A DNA stretch of 64,000 bases from an uncultured Chloroflexia bacterium. GTDB taxonomy: Bacteria > Chloroflexota > Limnocylindria > Limnocylindrales > CSP1-4. Positions 1-12,069 of the stretch are shown here, one piece after another. Every line of letters starts with the position of its first letter. The stretch's first letter is position 1. The stretch spans positions 256,001 to 320,000 of the forward strand of contig CAVVYR010000006.1 in assembly GCA_963752475.1 (NCBI GenBank). The letters are read 5' to 3'. A model generated the notes under the pieces. The model was not told the DNA's origin, did no database searches, and was given only the letters and a program-made list of their open reading frames with translations. The position numbers and the translations under genes are program-made.

Positions 1-999
<999 letters not shown>

Positions 1000-1007
1000 C
1001 CACAGGC

Positions 1008-1385
1008 GTGGTCGTCCTCGCCGACGACCTGATGTGGGGCACCCGCATCACCGAGGCCGTCCGGCGCGCCGGCGGAAGACCCGTCCAGCTGAGCTCCGAC
1101 GAGGAGCTGTCGGTGGCGCTGGAGGCCACCGCGCTGGAGGACCAGAGGACCATCCATGGCGCCATCGTCGATCTCGCTGCCCGGCGCTTCGATGGGGTCG
1201 CGGCCATCGAGCGGCTGAGGGCCGCGCGGCTGCCGGTCATCGCCGTGGCCGAGCACGACGATCAGCTCACGCGCAAGCGCGCCCTCCAGGCCGGCGCCAT
1301 GCGCGTCTTCTCCTATCGCAAGTTCTTCGAGGACGGCACCCGGCTGGTGGAGGGCTGGCTCGGGCCCGAACGATCACGGGGGTGA
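1008..1385 (+). CDS. Small receiver-domain-like protein
   Basis: VVVLADD N-terminus, IVDL strand and 'ALQAGA..V' C-terminus resemble a CheY-like fold; tightly spaced between korB and the peptidase. Confidence 0.6.
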   Translation: MVVLADDLMWGTRITEAVRRAGGRPVQLSSDEELSVALEATALEDQRTIHGAIVDLAARRFDGVAAIERLRAARLPVIAVAEHDDQLTRKRALQAGAMRVFSYRKFFEDGTRLVEGWLGPERSRG

Positions 1386-1389
1386 CGAC

Positions 1390-2535
1390 ATGACCGAGGG
1401 TATCGGCGCAGCCCGCCACGCCGAACGCCTGCTGCGGGCCCGCGCCGCCGTGACGGAGGCGGCCGCATCCGCCCTGCTCGTGGGAGTCGGGCCGGAGCTC
1501 GAGTGGCTCACCGGCTACGCCGCCCATGGCGGAGAGCGACTGAACCTGCTGGTCGTCCCGGCGCAGGGGGATTTGGTTTACGTCAGCCCGCGGCTGGAGG
1601 CGCCGGCCGCGCGGGCGGCCCCGGGCCTGGCTGACGGACGCGTGCGCATCGAGACCTGGGACGAGACCGACGATCCGTACCTGCTGGTGCCCGGGCTGGT
1701 CCCGCCCCGCGATCCGCTGCGCTTCCTCGTCTCGGATGGCCTCCGGGCCCAGTTCGTGCTGGGGCTGCAGGCGGTGCTGCCGGGGGCCGGTTGGGGGCTG
1801 GCCTCGTCGGTGCTGGCGCCGCTTCGGCGGGTCAAGGACGCGGAGGAGATCGAGCTCCTGCGTGCCGCCGCCCACGCTGCCGACCGTGCCATCGAGCGGG
1901 TCATCCGCGGGCCACTGGTCGGGCGCACCGAGGCCGACGTGGCCAAGGACGTGCGTGACGCGCTCGTCGACGAGGGCCACGATACGGCCGAGTTCTGGAT
2001 CGTGGCCTCTGGGCCCAACAGCGCCTCACCGCACCACGAGCCCAGCGACCGCGTCATCCGGGGAGGGGAGCCACTGCTGCTCGACATCGGCGGTCGACGT
2101 GCCGGCTACAACTCGGACATCACGCGCACCGTCTGGGTCGCGGACGACGACGAACCGGGCCCCGACGACACCTTCCGCCGCATCTACGAGCTGACCGCGG
2201 CCGGCCAGGCCGCGGCTCGAGAGGCCGTTCGTCCCGGTGTCAGCTTCGATGCTCTCGATGCCGCCGCCCGCACGGTCATCACCGGTGGCGGCTACGGCGA
2301 CCGCTTCATCCACCGCCTGGGCCATGGCATCGGCCTCGAGGTGCACGAGGAGCCCTACGTCGTCGAGGGCAACACCGAGATCGCCGTGGCCGGCAACACC
2401 TTCAGCTGTGAGCCGGGCATCTACCTGGAGGGTCGCTACGGCGTACGCATCGAGGACGCTGTGGTCTGCACCCTCGACGGTGGAGAGGCGCTCAACGAGG
2501 CCGCCCGCGAGCTGCTCATCGTCTCGGGTCGCTGA
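1390..2535 (+). CDS. Xaa-Pro peptidase family (M24)
   Basis: SPHH, DIG..YNSDITRT, HRLGHGIGLEVHE, EPGIY and GVRIED motifs. Confidence 0.93.
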   Translation: MTEGIGAARHAERLLRARAAVTEAAASALLVGVGPELEWLTGYAAHGGERLNLLVVPAQGDLVYVSPRLEAPAARAAPGLADGRVRIETWDETDDPYLLVPGLVPPRDPLRFLVSDGLRAQFVLGLQAVLPGAGWGLASSVLAPLRRVKDAEEIELLRAAAHAADRAIERVIRGPLVGRTEADVAKDVRDALVDEGHDTAEFWIVASGPNSASPHHEPSDRVIRGGEPLLLDIGGRRAGYNSDITRTVWVADDDEPGPDDTFRRIYELTAAGQAAAREAVRPGVSFDALDAAARTVITGGGYGDRFIHRLGHGIGLEVHEEPYVVEGNTEIAVAGNTFSCEPGIYLEGRYGVRIEDAVVCTLDGGEALNEAARELLIVSGR

Positions 2536-2679
2536 CCGGGTTCACCCGTCTCCGGGTGTATCATCCGCCGACCGGCCGCCACCCCCGGCGACCGCTCTGA
2601 ACCTGATATCACAGACGGTGCCGGAATGGCACCGATCGCCAGCCGCAGGGACCGGTCAGGCGATGGAAAGACCCGCACC

Positions 2680-3000
2680 ATGGCTGACAAGAACGGCAGC
2701 CGCAACAACGGCTCCAACCAGGGCCAGGGCTGTACCCAGGCACAGCTCAGGCGCTTCATCAAGTCGCGCGCGTACATCCCCATGCACGAACTGCGCCGGC
2801 GCTTCGCCATCAACGGCGAGGCCGATGACGTGCGCGCGGTCGAGACCCGGGATGGTCGCTACTTCGCCGGGCTGCCGGACAGGGAGTGCGGCTACCTTGC
2901 GGATCTCGTGGACAAGGGTGAGGTGGGCCTCGAGCTCTGTCACGATCCCTGCGTGGACATGATCATCGGCGTCTACGCTATCCGCCCCGTCGGTCGCTAG
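2680..3000 (+). CDS. Small hypothetical Cys/His-containing protein
   Basis: Typical codon usage from the ATG at 2680 (GGAAAG upstream); ends 13 nt before copA. Confidence 0.7.
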   Translation: MADKNGSRNNGSNQGQGCTQAQLRRFIKSRAYIPMHELRRRFAINGEADDVRAVETRDGRYFAGLPDRECGYLADLVDKGEVGLELCHDPCVDMIIGVYAIRPVGR

Positions 3001-3013
3001 AGGAGCCTCGGAC

Positions 3014-5290
3014 GTGCCCGCGACGGCACCCGAGCCCATCGAGTTCTCGGTGGGCGTCGAAGGCATGACCTGTGCCTCCTGCGTCAACCGCGTGGAGCGC
3101 TTCCTCGTCAAGGCTGACGGTGTGGCGCGAGCCAGCGTCAACCTCGCCACCGAACGCGCGACCGTGGTCGTCGATCCGGCCGTGGCCGGGCGCGCCGAGA
3201 TCGAGGCCGCCATCGAGGCCGCCGGCTACGACGTGCGCCCGGAACGTGCTACCGAGACCGGCGCGCTGACCCTTGACGACGCCGATCCTGACGCTGACCT
3301 GCGCGCCCGCGAGCTGCGCGAGCTGGGGATCAGAGCTGTCGTTTCGATCGTGGTCTCACTGCTGATCATGGTCCTGATGCTGCGCCCGGAGATCCTGGGC
3401 CTGCCCATGTCGCAGCTGAACTGGCTGCTCCTGGTCCCGGCCACGTTCGTGCAGTTCTGGGCCGGCGGCGTGTTCATGCGCGCTGCCCTGCGCCAGGCAC
3501 GCCACAGGACGGTCTCGATGGACACGCTGGTGGCCCTTGGCACCATCGCGGCCTGGGGCTACAGCACGGTCGTGACCCTGGCCCCGTCGCTGGTGATCGA
3601 GGCGGGCATCGAGCCCGCGACCTACTTCGACTCCTCGACCATGATCATCGGTCTGATCCTCGCCGGTCGCTGGATGGAGGCGCGGGCCAAGGCCCGCGCC
3701 GGCGGGGCCGTGGCGGCCCTCGTCGGCCTCGGTGCCGACACCGCCCGGCGTATCAGCGGAGAGACCGAGACCGACGTGCCCATCGAAGACATCGTTCCCG
3801 GCGACCTCGTGCGGGTCAGGGCCGGCGAGAAGGTGCCGGTCGATGGCGTAGTCGTGAGCGGCAGCTCAAGCGTGGACGAATCGATGCTCACCGGCGAGCC
3901 GCTACCCGCCCTGCGCGAGGCCGGCGATGCGGTCATCGGCGCCACCATCAACGGCCACGGCGCACTCGTGGTGCGAGCGACGCACGTGGGGCGCGACGCG
4001 GTCCTGGGCCAGATCGTGCGCATGGTGCGTGACGCACAAGGGACCAAGGCGCCCATCCAGCGCGTGGCCGACCGCGTCATCGACTGGTTCGTGCCGCTGG
4101 TCATCGCCCTCGCGGCCCTGACCTTCGTGGCCTGGTGGGTGCTCGGGCCGGAGCCACGACTGACCCAAGCCCTCGTCTCGGCCATCAGCGTGCTCATCAT
4201 CGCCTGCCCCTGTGCCATGGGTCTGGCCACGCCTACCGCGGTCATGGTCGGGACCGGTCGAGCGGCCGATGCCGGCGTGCTCATCCGTGGCGGAGAGGCG
4301 CTCGAGGCCGCCGGCGATGTCGAGGTCGTGGTCTTCGACAAGACCGGTACGCTCACCGCCGGCCGCCCCAGCGTGGGCGCGGTGCGAGTCGCCGCGGGAC
4401 AGGATCCCGATCGGGTCCTGGCCCTGGCCGCCTCCGCCGAACGTGGCTCCGAGCACCCGTTGGCCCTGGCCATCGTGGCCGAGGCCGAGCGACAGGGCCT
4501 GACGGTGGCCGAGGCCGAGGCCTTCGACACGGTCACGGGCCGCGGCATCCGGGCCACCGTCGAGGGACACGAGCTGCTCGTGGGCAATGCTGCTTTCCTG
4601 CAGAAGGCCGGGGTGGGCGAATCCGACAGCCTGGCTGCGGTCGGCGATGCCCCCATGACCACCGTCTTCGTGGCCGTCGACGGCGCTATCGCGGGCGCGC
4701 TGGACATCACGGACCAGATCAAGGCCGGCGCCGTCGAGGTGGTCGCGGAACTGCGCGCCAACGGCATCGAGGTCCATCTGCTCAGTGGCGACACCGAGCG
4801 GGCTGCCCGGTCCGTGGCCGCAGCCGTCGGCATCGAGCACGTCACGTCCGAGGTGCTGCCGGGCGACAAGGCCGCGCACATCGAGCGGCTGCAGGCCGGC
4901 GGCAGGAGCGTGGCCATGGTCGGTGATGGCATCAACGACGCACCGGCTCTGGCCCAGGCAGATGTCGGCATCGCCATCGGCACTGGCACCGATGTGGCCC
5001 TCGAGGCCAGCGACATCACCCTCGTCGGTGGCGACCCGCGTCTCGTCGGCAGCGCCATCCGCACCTCTCGCGGCACCCTCCGGGTCATCCGTCAGAACCT
5101 GGGCTGGGCCTTCGGCTACAACGTCATCCTCATCCCCGTGGCCATGGGCCTGCTCTATCCGTTCTTCGGACTGCGGCTCGATCCCATCCTCGCGGCCGCG
5201 GCCATGGCCTTCAGCTCGGTCAGTGTCGTGCTCAACTCGCTACGCCTTCGGCGCCTGGACGTGACCGCGGAAAGCGCCGATCCTTGGTAG
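3014..5290 (+). CDS. copA: Cu(I)-translocating P1B-type ATPase
   Basis: GMTCASC metal-binding domain, [25 protein letters not shown] and MAFSS motifs. Confidence 0.95.
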   Translation: MPATAPEPIEFSVGVEGMTCASCVNRVERFLVKADGVARASVNLATERATVVVDPAVAGRAEIEAAIEAAGYDVRPERATETGALTLDDADPDADLRARELRELGIRAVVSIVVSLLIMVLMLRPEILGLPMSQLNWLLLVPATFVQFWAGGVFMRAALRQARHRTVSMDTLVALGTIAAWGYSTVVTLAPSLVIEAGIEPATYFDSSTMIIGLILAGRWMEARAKARAGGAVAALVGLGADTARRISGETETDVPIEDIVPGDLVRVRAGEKVPVDGVVVSGSSSVDESMLTGEPLPALREAGDAVIGATINGHGALVVRATHVGRDAVLGQIVRMVRDAQGTKAPIQRVADRVIDWFVPLVIALAALTFVAWWVLGPEPRLTQALVSAISVLIIACPCAMGLATPTAVMVGTGRAADAGVLIRGGEALEAAGDVEVVVFDKTGTLTAGRPSVGAVRVAAGQDPDRVLALAASAERGSEHPLALAIVAEAERQGLTVAEAEAFDTVTGRGIRATVEGHELLVGNAAFLQKAGVGESDSLAAVGDAPMTTVFVAVDGAIAGALDITDQIKAGAVEVVAELRANGIEVHLLSGDTERAARSVAAAVGIEHVTSEVLPGDKAAHIERLQAGGRSVAMVGDGINDAPALAQADVGIAIGTGTDVALEASDITLVGGDPRLVGSAIRTSRGTLRVIRQNLGWAFGYNVILIPVAMGLLYPFFGLRLDPILAAAAMAFSSVSVVLNSLRLRRLDVTAESADPW

Positions 5291-5291
5291 G

Positions 5292-6950
5292 GTGCGGCCA
5301 GTGCTGAATGCGTCGCGGGCCGTGGTCCTGCTCCTCCTGCTCGTGCCCTTCGTCGTCGGTGGCTGCATCACCGTCGAGAACGACCTGTTGGCGACGCCAA
5401 CTCCGACGCCCGCGGCCCAGACGACAGCGCAAGGATCGCCCACGCCCGCGCCCGTCATCACGCCCACGCCGTTGCCCACGCCCGCACCCACGCCCGAGCC
5501 GGTCGAGGCCGAGGTCCTCACCTTCGTGCCCTACTGGCTGCTCGAGGACGCCGCCGAGGATCTCGACCCGTCGCTCGTGACCATCGCCGCCTTCCACAGC
5601 GTGGAGGCCTCGCAGGACGGCCGGCTCGTGAGCAAGAAGGCCAACGGTGATGTGCCCGGCGGGTGGACCGCGCTGCGCAGCGATGCCTTCGCCGACCTCA
5701 AGAAGGAACTGCAGCGCGAGGGTGTGAAGGTCGTACCGGTGGTGCAGCGAACGGCCTGGACGGACGGCGCCAGACAACGCTCCATCAACCTGCTGACCAA
5801 GAAGAAGAACCGCACCGCGCTCGTCAAGCGCATCGTCGAGTTCATCGGGGCCCGTGGCTTCGACGGCGTCAACCTCGATTTCGAACCGATCCCGGCCCGT
5901 GCCGCGGACGCCTACGTGACCTTCGTGCGCGAGCTGCGCGCGGCATTCGATGAGGTCGATCCCGAGTTGCACCTCAGCTTGGACGTCGTGCCCGGCCTGG
6001 AGAACTACGACCTCGCGGCCCTGACCGCCGATGACGCCGCCGACCTGGCCGTGATCATGGGCTATGGCTTCACCACCCGGAACTCGGCCGTGGCCGGTTC
6101 CACGGCACCGCTCAGCGGAGGTGCCATCGGCGACCTCTCGACCTCGGTGACCGCGGCGCTCGAGCAGACCGGCGACGGCGAGCGCCTCATGCTGGCGCTG
6201 CCCTGGTATGGCTACTCGTGGGCCACCCAGAGCGACGCACCCGGATCGAGGGTGCGCAGCGGCGAGGACGTGGGCAGCCCGGCCACCGCCGACTACGCCG
6301 GGGCGGTGGAGGGCGCGGCCAAGGGGGGCCGACGCTACGACGAGGAGCAGGCTTCGGCCTGGACGACCTACGCGGCCAAGGACTGCACTCGCTGCCCGGC
6401 GACCTGGCGACAGATCTGGTACGACGATCCGGACAGCTTCGCGACCAAGATCGGCTTCGCCATCGAGCAGGATCTTGCCGGGATCGGTGTCTGGGCGCCC
6501 GGCATGGATGGGGAGCACGAAGAGATGTGGTGGTCACTGCGCAACCAACTGCATCCGCTCGTCGACGACACGCCGCCGGCCGGTTCGCCGGCCTTCGACC
6601 CCGAGACCGTCCAGCAGGGTGACATCGACGGCCTTGACGTCATCCGTGGCAGCGCCTCACTGCGGCTGTTCGCGGCAGATGAGCCAGACGGCAGTGGTCT
6701 CGGCTTCGTCCGCATCGGGCTCGTCGGCGAGCTCGACGATGACGGCGCGCTCGTCACCGGCCGAACCTACCCCGCGGTCGATCGCATCGAGTTCCCGCTG
6801 GGGGATCAGGAGACCGGCGGCTCGGCCGAGGAAGGCCCGCGCTCGATCCACGTGCAGTGGCGCGACTTGGCAGGGAACTGGTCCACGCCCGTCGTGCTCG
6901 AGGCCCACGTCATCAAGCCCCTGACGACGGCCACCCCCGCCGACCTCTAG
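5292..6950 (+). CDS. Secreted or lipoprotein glycoside hydrolase family 18
   Basis: Signal peptide ending VVGGC, Pro/Thr linker, GFDGVNLDFE catalytic motif, MGY and GIGVW. Confidence 0.85.
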   Translation: MRPVLNASRAVVLLLLLVPFVVGGCITVENDLLATPTPTPAAQTTAQGSPTPAPVITPTPLPTPAPTPEPVEAEVLTFVPYWLLEDAAEDLDPSLVTIAAFHSVEASQDGRLVSKKANGDVPGGWTALRSDAFADLKKELQREGVKVVPVVQRTAWTDGARQRSINLLTKKKNRTALVKRIVEFIGARGFDGVNLDFEPIPARAADAYVTFVRELRAAFDEVDPELHLSLDVVPGLENYDLAALTADDAADLAVIMGYGFTTRNSAVAGSTAPLSGGAIGDLSTSVTAALEQTGDGERLMLALPWYGYSWATQSDAPGSRVRSGEDVGSPATADYAGAVEGAAKGGRRYDEEQASAWTTYAAKDCTRCPATWRQIWYDDPDSFATKIGFAIEQDLAGIGVWAPGMDGEHEEMWWSLRNQLHPLVDDTPPAGSPAFDPETVQQGDIDGLDVIRGSASLRLFAADEPDGSGLGFVRIGLVGELDDDGALVTGRTYPAVDRIEFPLGDQETGGSAEEGPRSIHVQWRDLAGNWSTPVVLEAHVIKPLTTATPADL

Positions 6951-6966
6951 TCGCGCGAGAACAGAC

Positions 6967-7761
6967 CTAGGCCGCCTCGCCCTCCTTCACCCGCAGCACG
7001 ATGAAGTGAGAGAGCCCGAACAGGTGCAGCGGCGTCTGCTCGGCGAAGTAGAGCGCGCGTCGCAGGAGCCCACCCAGTCGGGCGTGCCGGGCGCTGATGT
7101 TGTCGAAGCCGGGGTAGATGACCCGGTGGTGTACCAGGCGCACCGGCTGGCCCAGGAATAGTCGCTCGATGCCCTTCAAGGTGTAGGCCCGCACATGCGG
7201 TGCGAAGCGGTCGCGCAGTGGGTCGGGCAACCAGTTGATGAGCGGGATGTTGCCGAAGACGTAGCGTCCGCCGAAGTAGGCGCCGTGCGTCTCGAAGGGG
7301 TAGAGCCGGTTGGGCGCGAAGGCCACGATGATCCCGCCGGGCTTGGTCACGCGCACCATCTCCGCCGCCGTCCGGCGATCGTCGGCGACATGCTCGATGA
7401 CCTCGTTGCTGAAGACGAGGTCGAAGTGGTCGTCGGGGTAGGGCAGGTCCTCGCCGAAGGCGTGGACGATGTTGGGCAGTTCCTCGCTGGCCTCGGCCAC
7501 CCGCTCCGGCTCGACCTCGATGCCGTGGACGTCATCGGTGTACCGGCGGAAGCGGCGCACGTAGGTACCGATGCCGCAGCCCACGTCGAGCACCCGTGCA
7601 CCTTCGAGGTCGACGAAGTCACGCACCATCTCCAGGCGGCGGTCCTGACCGTAGCGCCAGGAGTAGCTCGGTCGCCCGCGCTCGATCGCGGTGGCCGAGG
7701 TCTGCTCGGGCTCGTCGGCAGGGGCCGCAGGCGCGGAGGGCAGGGGGGACTCGGTCGGCAT
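6967..7761 (-). CDS. Class I SAM-dependent methyltransferase
   Basis: VLDVGCGIG, EDLPYPDDHFDLV and VIEHV..KPGG; start placed at ATG 7761, which follows TACCGT at 8 nt. Confidence 0.9.
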   Translation of the reverse strand: MPTESPLPSAPAAPADEPEQTSATAIERGRPSYSWRYGQDRRLEMVRDFVDLEGARVLDVGCGIGTYVRRFRRYTDDVHGIEVEPERVAEASEELPNIVHAFGEDLPYPDDHFDLVFSNEVIEHVADDRRTAAEMVRVTKPGGIIVAFAPNRLYPFETHGAYFGGRYVFGNIPLINWLPDPLRDRFAPHVRAYTLKGIERLFLGQPVRLVHHRVIYPGFDNISARHARLGGLLRRALYFAEQTPLHLFGLSHFIVLRVKEGEAA

Positions 7762-7830
7762 CTGCCCCACGGTACGGCACCTACGCGACCTCTGCCGACA
7801 GGTCCGGCTCCGCCCCGCTAGCATCGAGCC

Positions 7831-8313
7831 ATGGTCCGTTCCCGACCCGTCGGCGGCGACTTCCGGTATCGCCATCCCATCGAGATCCGCTACAACGACA
7901 CCGATGCCTTGGGCCACGTCAACAACGCGGTCTACTTCTCGTACTTCGAGATGGCGCGCAGTGGCTACTACCTCGAGGTCGTGGGCCATCCCTTCGGTAC
8001 CGGACCCGATGCGGACAGGCGCACGTTCGTCATCGCCGAGGCCCACATCGCCTACCGCGCCCCGGCGTTCTACGGCGAGCGGCTCTACTGCGCCACGAGG
8101 GTGGGTTGGGTCAGCCGCTCGGCCTTCAGCTTCGAGTATCTCCTCGAGCTGGAGGCGTCGGAACTGGGCCAGGCGCGCGTCGTGGCCGATGGCACGACCG
8201 TGCAGGTCTTCTACGACCTGGAGCGCGGTCGCCCGATGCGCACGCCGGCAGACCTGGTGGCATCGCTGGAGGCCTACGAGGGCCGCTCGTTCCCGTCACG
8301 CCCGAGCGACTGA
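7831..8313 (+). CDS. Acyl-CoA thioesterase (hotdog fold, 4HBT family)
   Basis: DTDALGHVNNAVYFSYFEMAR motif. Confidence 0.92.
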   Translation: MVRSRPVGGDFRYRHPIEIRYNDTDALGHVNNAVYFSYFEMARSGYYLEVVGHPFGTGPDADRRTFVIAEAHIAYRAPAFYGERLYCATRVGWVSRSAFSFEYLLELEASELGQARVVADGTTVQVFYDLERGRPMRTPADLVASLEAYEGRSFPSRPSD

Positions 8314-8362
8314 CCCGTTGCCGAGGGAGCCCGTCGGGCCTCCCCGATAGGAGTGCGGGGCG

Positions 8363-9628
8363 CTACTCCTCGAAGCGCTTGAACACGGCCACCGCGTTCT
8401 GGCCGCCGAACCCGAAGCCGTTGACCATGGCCACGTCCACCTGTGCCTCGCGCGCCTGGTTGGGCACGTAGTCGAGGTCGCACTCGGGGTCGGGCGTGTG
8501 GTAGTTGATGGTGGGCGCGATGACGCCCTCACGGATGGCTCCGATGCCGATGGCGGCCGCCACCGCGCCGGCGCCACCGAGCAGGTGGCCGACCATCGAC
8601 TTGGGCGAGGACACGGCCAGCTTGTAGGCGTGATCGCCGAAGGCGCGCTTGATGGCCTTGGTCTCGGTCACGTCGTTCAGCGGCGTGCTCGTGCCGTGGG
8701 CCACGATGAAGTCGATCTCGTCGGCCGCGAGGTCCGCATCCTGGTAGGCCTTCGTCATGGCCCTGGCCGCACCCCGGCCGGTGGGCTCTGGGGCGGAGAT
8801 GTGGAAGGCATCCGCGGTCAGCGCCGCGCCCACGAGCTCAGCGTGGATGGTGGCGCCGCGCGCGAGCGCGTGTTCAGCGGTCTCGATGACCATGATCGCT
8901 CCACCCTCCCCGAAGAGGAAGCCGTCGCGCTCCTTGTCGAATGGCTTCGAGGCGCCCTGCGGGTCGTCGTTGTTCTTGGAGAGCGCGCCCATGTTGGAAA
9001 GGGCGGCGAAGCCCATCTTCAGCAAGGGAGCCTCGGTGCCTCCACCGACGACGACGTCGACCTCGCCACGCTCGATCATGCGCAGCGCGTCGAGGAAGGT
9101 GATGACCGAGCTGGCGCAGGCCGCGACCTGGGCCTGGACGGGACCGGTCAGCCCGTACTCCATCGAGAGCATGCAGGCGGCCATGGAACCCGAGAGCGCC
9201 GGGATGGCGAAGGGGCTGACGAAGCGCGGACCGCGAGTCTCGGTCGTGACGTGACCTTCGATGACCTCTTCGAGGCCGCCACCGCCGGTGTTGACGATGA
9301 CCGCCACTCGGTCGCGCTGTTCCGGCGTCCACTGGCTGAAGTCGAGCCCGGCGTCCGCCACGGCCTCCTTGCCTGCGGCCATGGCGAAGTGGATGAAGCG
9401 GCTCATCCGGCGCGCCATCTTGCGGTCCATGCCGGTCGAGGGGTCGAAGTCCTTGACCTCGGCCGCGATGCGCACGTCGAGGTCCGACGCATCGAACTGC
9501 GTGATGGGACCGCCACCGCTCTTTCCGGCCTTGGCGTTGGCCCAGAACGTGGGGTGGTCGTTGCCGATGGGCGTGACCGCGCCGAGCCCGGTGATGACGG
9601 CACGGCGACTGGGATCGATGGACGGCAC
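8363..9628 (-). CDS. fabF: Beta-ketoacyl-ACP synthase II (copy 1)
   Basis: AVITGLG, AAC, HGTST, KSMVGHLLG and NGFGFGGQN; GTG start at 9628 after AGGAG. Confidence 0.92.
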   Translation of the reverse strand: MPSIDPSRRAVITGLGAVTPIGNDHPTFWANAKAGKSGGGPITQFDASDLDVRIAAEVKDFDPSTGMDRKMARRMSRFIHFAMAAGKEAVADAGLDFSQWTPEQRDRVAVIVNTGGGGLEEVIEGHVTTETRGPRFVSPFAIPALSGSMAACMLSMEYGLTGPVQAQVAACASSVITFLDALRMIERGEVDVVVGGGTEAPLLKMGFAALSNMGALSKNNDDPQGASKPFDKERDGFLFGEGGAIMVIETAEHALARGATIHAELVGAALTADAFHISAPEPTGRGAARAMTKAYQDADLAADEIDFIVAHGTSTPLNDVTETKAIKRAFGDHAYKLAVSSPKSMVGHLLGGAGAVAAAIGIGAIREGVIAPTINYHTPDPECDLDYVPNQAREAQVDVAMVNGFGFGGQNAVAVFKRFEE

Positions 9629-9707
9629 GGTGCGTTGGACTCCTGAACGGTTGCGGCTGAGAGGGATCGTAGCCGACGCCATCGTCGATCGCGCCGGCAT
9701 CCCGGGA

Positions 9708-10973
9708 TCAGTCGCCCGTGTAGTGCTTGAAGATGATGGCGCCGTTGTGGCCGCCCAGACCGATGTTGTCGCTCATGGCGTAGCGGACCGCCTGCTCACG
9801 GGAGTCACCAGCCACGACGTCGAGGTCGATCTCGGGATCGGGCTCGAGGTAGTTCTGCGTCGCGGGGATGACCTGGTGGTGCACCGAGAGGGCCGTGAAG
9901 ACGCCCTCGATGGCACCGGCCGCACCCATGAGATGGCCGGTCATCGACTTGGTGCCGCTGATGCCCACTTCCTGGTAGCGATCGGGGAAGACGGCCTTGA
10001 TGGCCTCGGCCTCGCGCAGGTCGCCGAGCGGGGTCGAGGTGCCATGCGGGTTGATCATGTCGATCTCATCGCGCGGCACGCCATGCCGCTCGATGGCCCA
10101 CTCCATGGCCCGACGGACGCCGTCGCCCTTGTCCACCGGCTGGATCAGGTCCCAGGCGTCGGCGGCGTTGCCATAGCCCACGACCTCGGCGTAGATCTTG
10201 GCCCCGCGCGCCTTCGCGTGCTCCAGGTCCTCGACCACCAGTGCGCCCGCGCCCTCGCCCAGCACGAAGCCGTCGCGGGTGCGGTCGAACGGGCGTGAGA
10301 TGTCGCCGAGCGGGCGGCCCTCACGGGGCGTGCCCATGCCGCGCATGTTGCTGAAGCCGACGTAGGCGACCTCATACAGCGGCGTCTCGGTGGAGCCACA
10401 GACGCCGGCGATGAAGTCGCCGCGCCGGATGGCCTCGGCGGCCTCGCCGATGTTGTGCGTGCCCGTCGAGCACGCAGTCACGATGGCCATATTGGGGCCC
10501 TTCGCGCCGAGCTCGATGGCGATCTGGCCCGAGGCGGTGTCGGGCAGCATGTTGGCGATGAAGAAGGGGCTGACGCCCTTGTTGCCCTTCTTGCCCAGGG
10601 TTTCGATGGCATCGGCCATGAGGCCGGGGCCACCGACGCCGGAGCCGAAGTAGACGCCGACCTCATCAGCGTTCTTCTCGTCGATCTCGAAGCCGGAGTC
10701 AGCCATGGCCTGCTTCGCGGCGGCTACGCCGAAGACGACGTTCTTGTCGGTGCGGCGGACGGCCTTGAAGTTCATCCACTCCTTGGGGTCGAAGTCGTTG
10801 ACCTCGCCAGCAGCGTGGCAGGGCGTGACCTCCGGGTCCCAGCGGGTGATGAGCTTGAGCCCGGAGACCCCGTTGACGAGGTTCTCCCAGGCGGTGACGA
10901 CGTTGGTACCGACGGGGCTGACGATGCCGAGGCCGGTGACCGCGACGCGGCGGTCGTAATCGGGACGACGCAT
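9708..10973 (-). CDS. fabF: Beta-ketoacyl-ACP synthase II (copy 2)
   Basis: VAVTGLG, TACSTG, HGTST, KSMTGHLMG and GLGGHN. Confidence 0.92.
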   Translation of the reverse strand: MRRPDYDRRVAVTGLGIVSPVGTNVVTAWENLVNGVSGLKLITRWDPEVTPCHAAGEVNDFDPKEWMNFKAVRRTDKNVVFGVAAAKQAMADSGFEIDEKNADEVGVYFGSGVGGPGLMADAIETLGKKGNKGVSPFFIANMLPDTASGQIAIELGAKGPNMAIVTACSTGTHNIGEAAEAIRRGDFIAGVCGSTETPLYEVAYVGFSNMRGMGTPREGRPLGDISRPFDRTRDGFVLGEGAGALVVEDLEHAKARGAKIYAEVVGYGNAADAWDLIQPVDKGDGVRRAMEWAIERHGVPRDEIDMINPHGTSTPLGDLREAEAIKAVFPDRYQEVGISGTKSMTGHLMGAAGAIEGVFTALSVHHQVIPATQNYLEPDPEIDLDVVAGDSREQAVRYAMSDNIGLGGHNGAIIFKHYTGD

Positions 10974-10998
10974 GGGTTCTAGTGTCTCTCCTCTGAGG

Positions 10999-11937
10999 CT
11001 AGGCGGGCAGCTCGAGGCCGCTCGCGGTGGTGATGTCGTCGATGGCGACGGTGGTGGCGTCCCCGGCGATACGGCGGACGAGGCCGGTGAGGACCTTGCC
11101 CGGGCCGACCTCGACGAAGATCTCGGTGCCGGCGGCGACCATGGTCTCGACGGCGGTGATCCAGTCCACGCCACGGGTGAGGTGATCGATGAGCTCGTCG
11201 CGGCAGGCCTCGCCGTCGCTGAGCACGATGGCGTCAGCGTTGGCGAGGAGCGGGGCCGCGGGGGCCTTGAAGGTGACGTCGGCGAGGGCCTGACGCATGC
11301 CGTCGGCGGCGCCGGCCATGAGCGGGGAGTGGGCAGCGACGCTGACCGGCAGCATCAGCCCGCGGCGAGCGCCCAGGCCCTTGGCGGCGCCGGCCGCGGC
11401 CTCCACCGCGGCGCGCTCGCCGCTGATGACGATCTGGCCGGGTGAATTGCGGTTGGCCACGGTGATGATGCCCTCGGCCGCACCGATCGCGATGAGCTCG
11501 TCGCTCTTCTCCTCGGGCAGGCCGATGACCGCGGCCATGGCGCCGTCTCCGGCCGAGGCCTGCATCAGACGGCCGCGCTCGCGCACCAGGCGCACGGCGT
11601 CGGCCAATTCGATGACGCCGGCCGCGACCATAGCGCTGTACTGGCCCATGGAGTGGCCCGCGTGATAGCTGGGCGGACCGTACGCCGTGGTCGAGCCATC
11701 GAGCGTGGCTTCGAGGGCGCGTTGTGCCGCGATCGAAGCCGCCAGCAGCGCCGGCTGTGCGTTGACGGTCTGGTCGAGCTCCTCTGACGGGCCCTCCCAA
11801 GCCAGGTTGGAGATGGACTCCCCGAGGGCCTCGTCAGCCTCCTGCCAGACGGCCGCAGCCTCTGGCGAGACGTCGGCGAGGGCCTTGCCCATGCCGACCG
11901 ATTGAGAACCCTGTCCGGGATAGATGTAGGCAGGCAC
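10999..11937 (-). CDS. fabD: Malonyl-CoA:ACP transacylase
   Basis: YPGQGSQ, GHSMG, AAHS and EVGPG; GTG start after GAGGGGAG. Confidence 0.95.
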   Translation of the reverse strand: MPAYIYPGQGSQSVGMGKALADVSPEAAAVWQEADEALGESISNLAWEGPSEELDQTVNAQPALLAASIAAQRALEATLDGSTTAYGPPSYHAGHSMGQYSAMVAAGVIELADAVRLVRERGRLMQASAGDGAMAAVIGLPEEKSDELIAIGAAEGIITVANRNSPGQIVISGERAAVEAAAGAAKGLGARRGLMLPVSVAAHSPLMAGAADGMRQALADVTFKAPAAPLLANADAIVLSDGEACRDELIDHLTRGVDWITAVETMVAAGTEIFVEVGPGKVLTGLVRRIAGDATTVAIDDITTASGLELPA

Positions 11938-12069
11938 CAGTCGATGCTCCCCTCGTATGTGCAAGGAATGCCGCGTCGCTCCCACGCGCAGCTCGGCGCG
12001 CTCACCCATGGGCACGCTCCTCGAACCGTAGCAGGACTGGGCCCACCACCCCACCGAATATATGCAACT

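Noticed and set aside
2600-2675. Known riboswitch upstream of the cop locus
   Set aside because: Hairpins are present but no conserved aptamer consensus was recognisable by eye.
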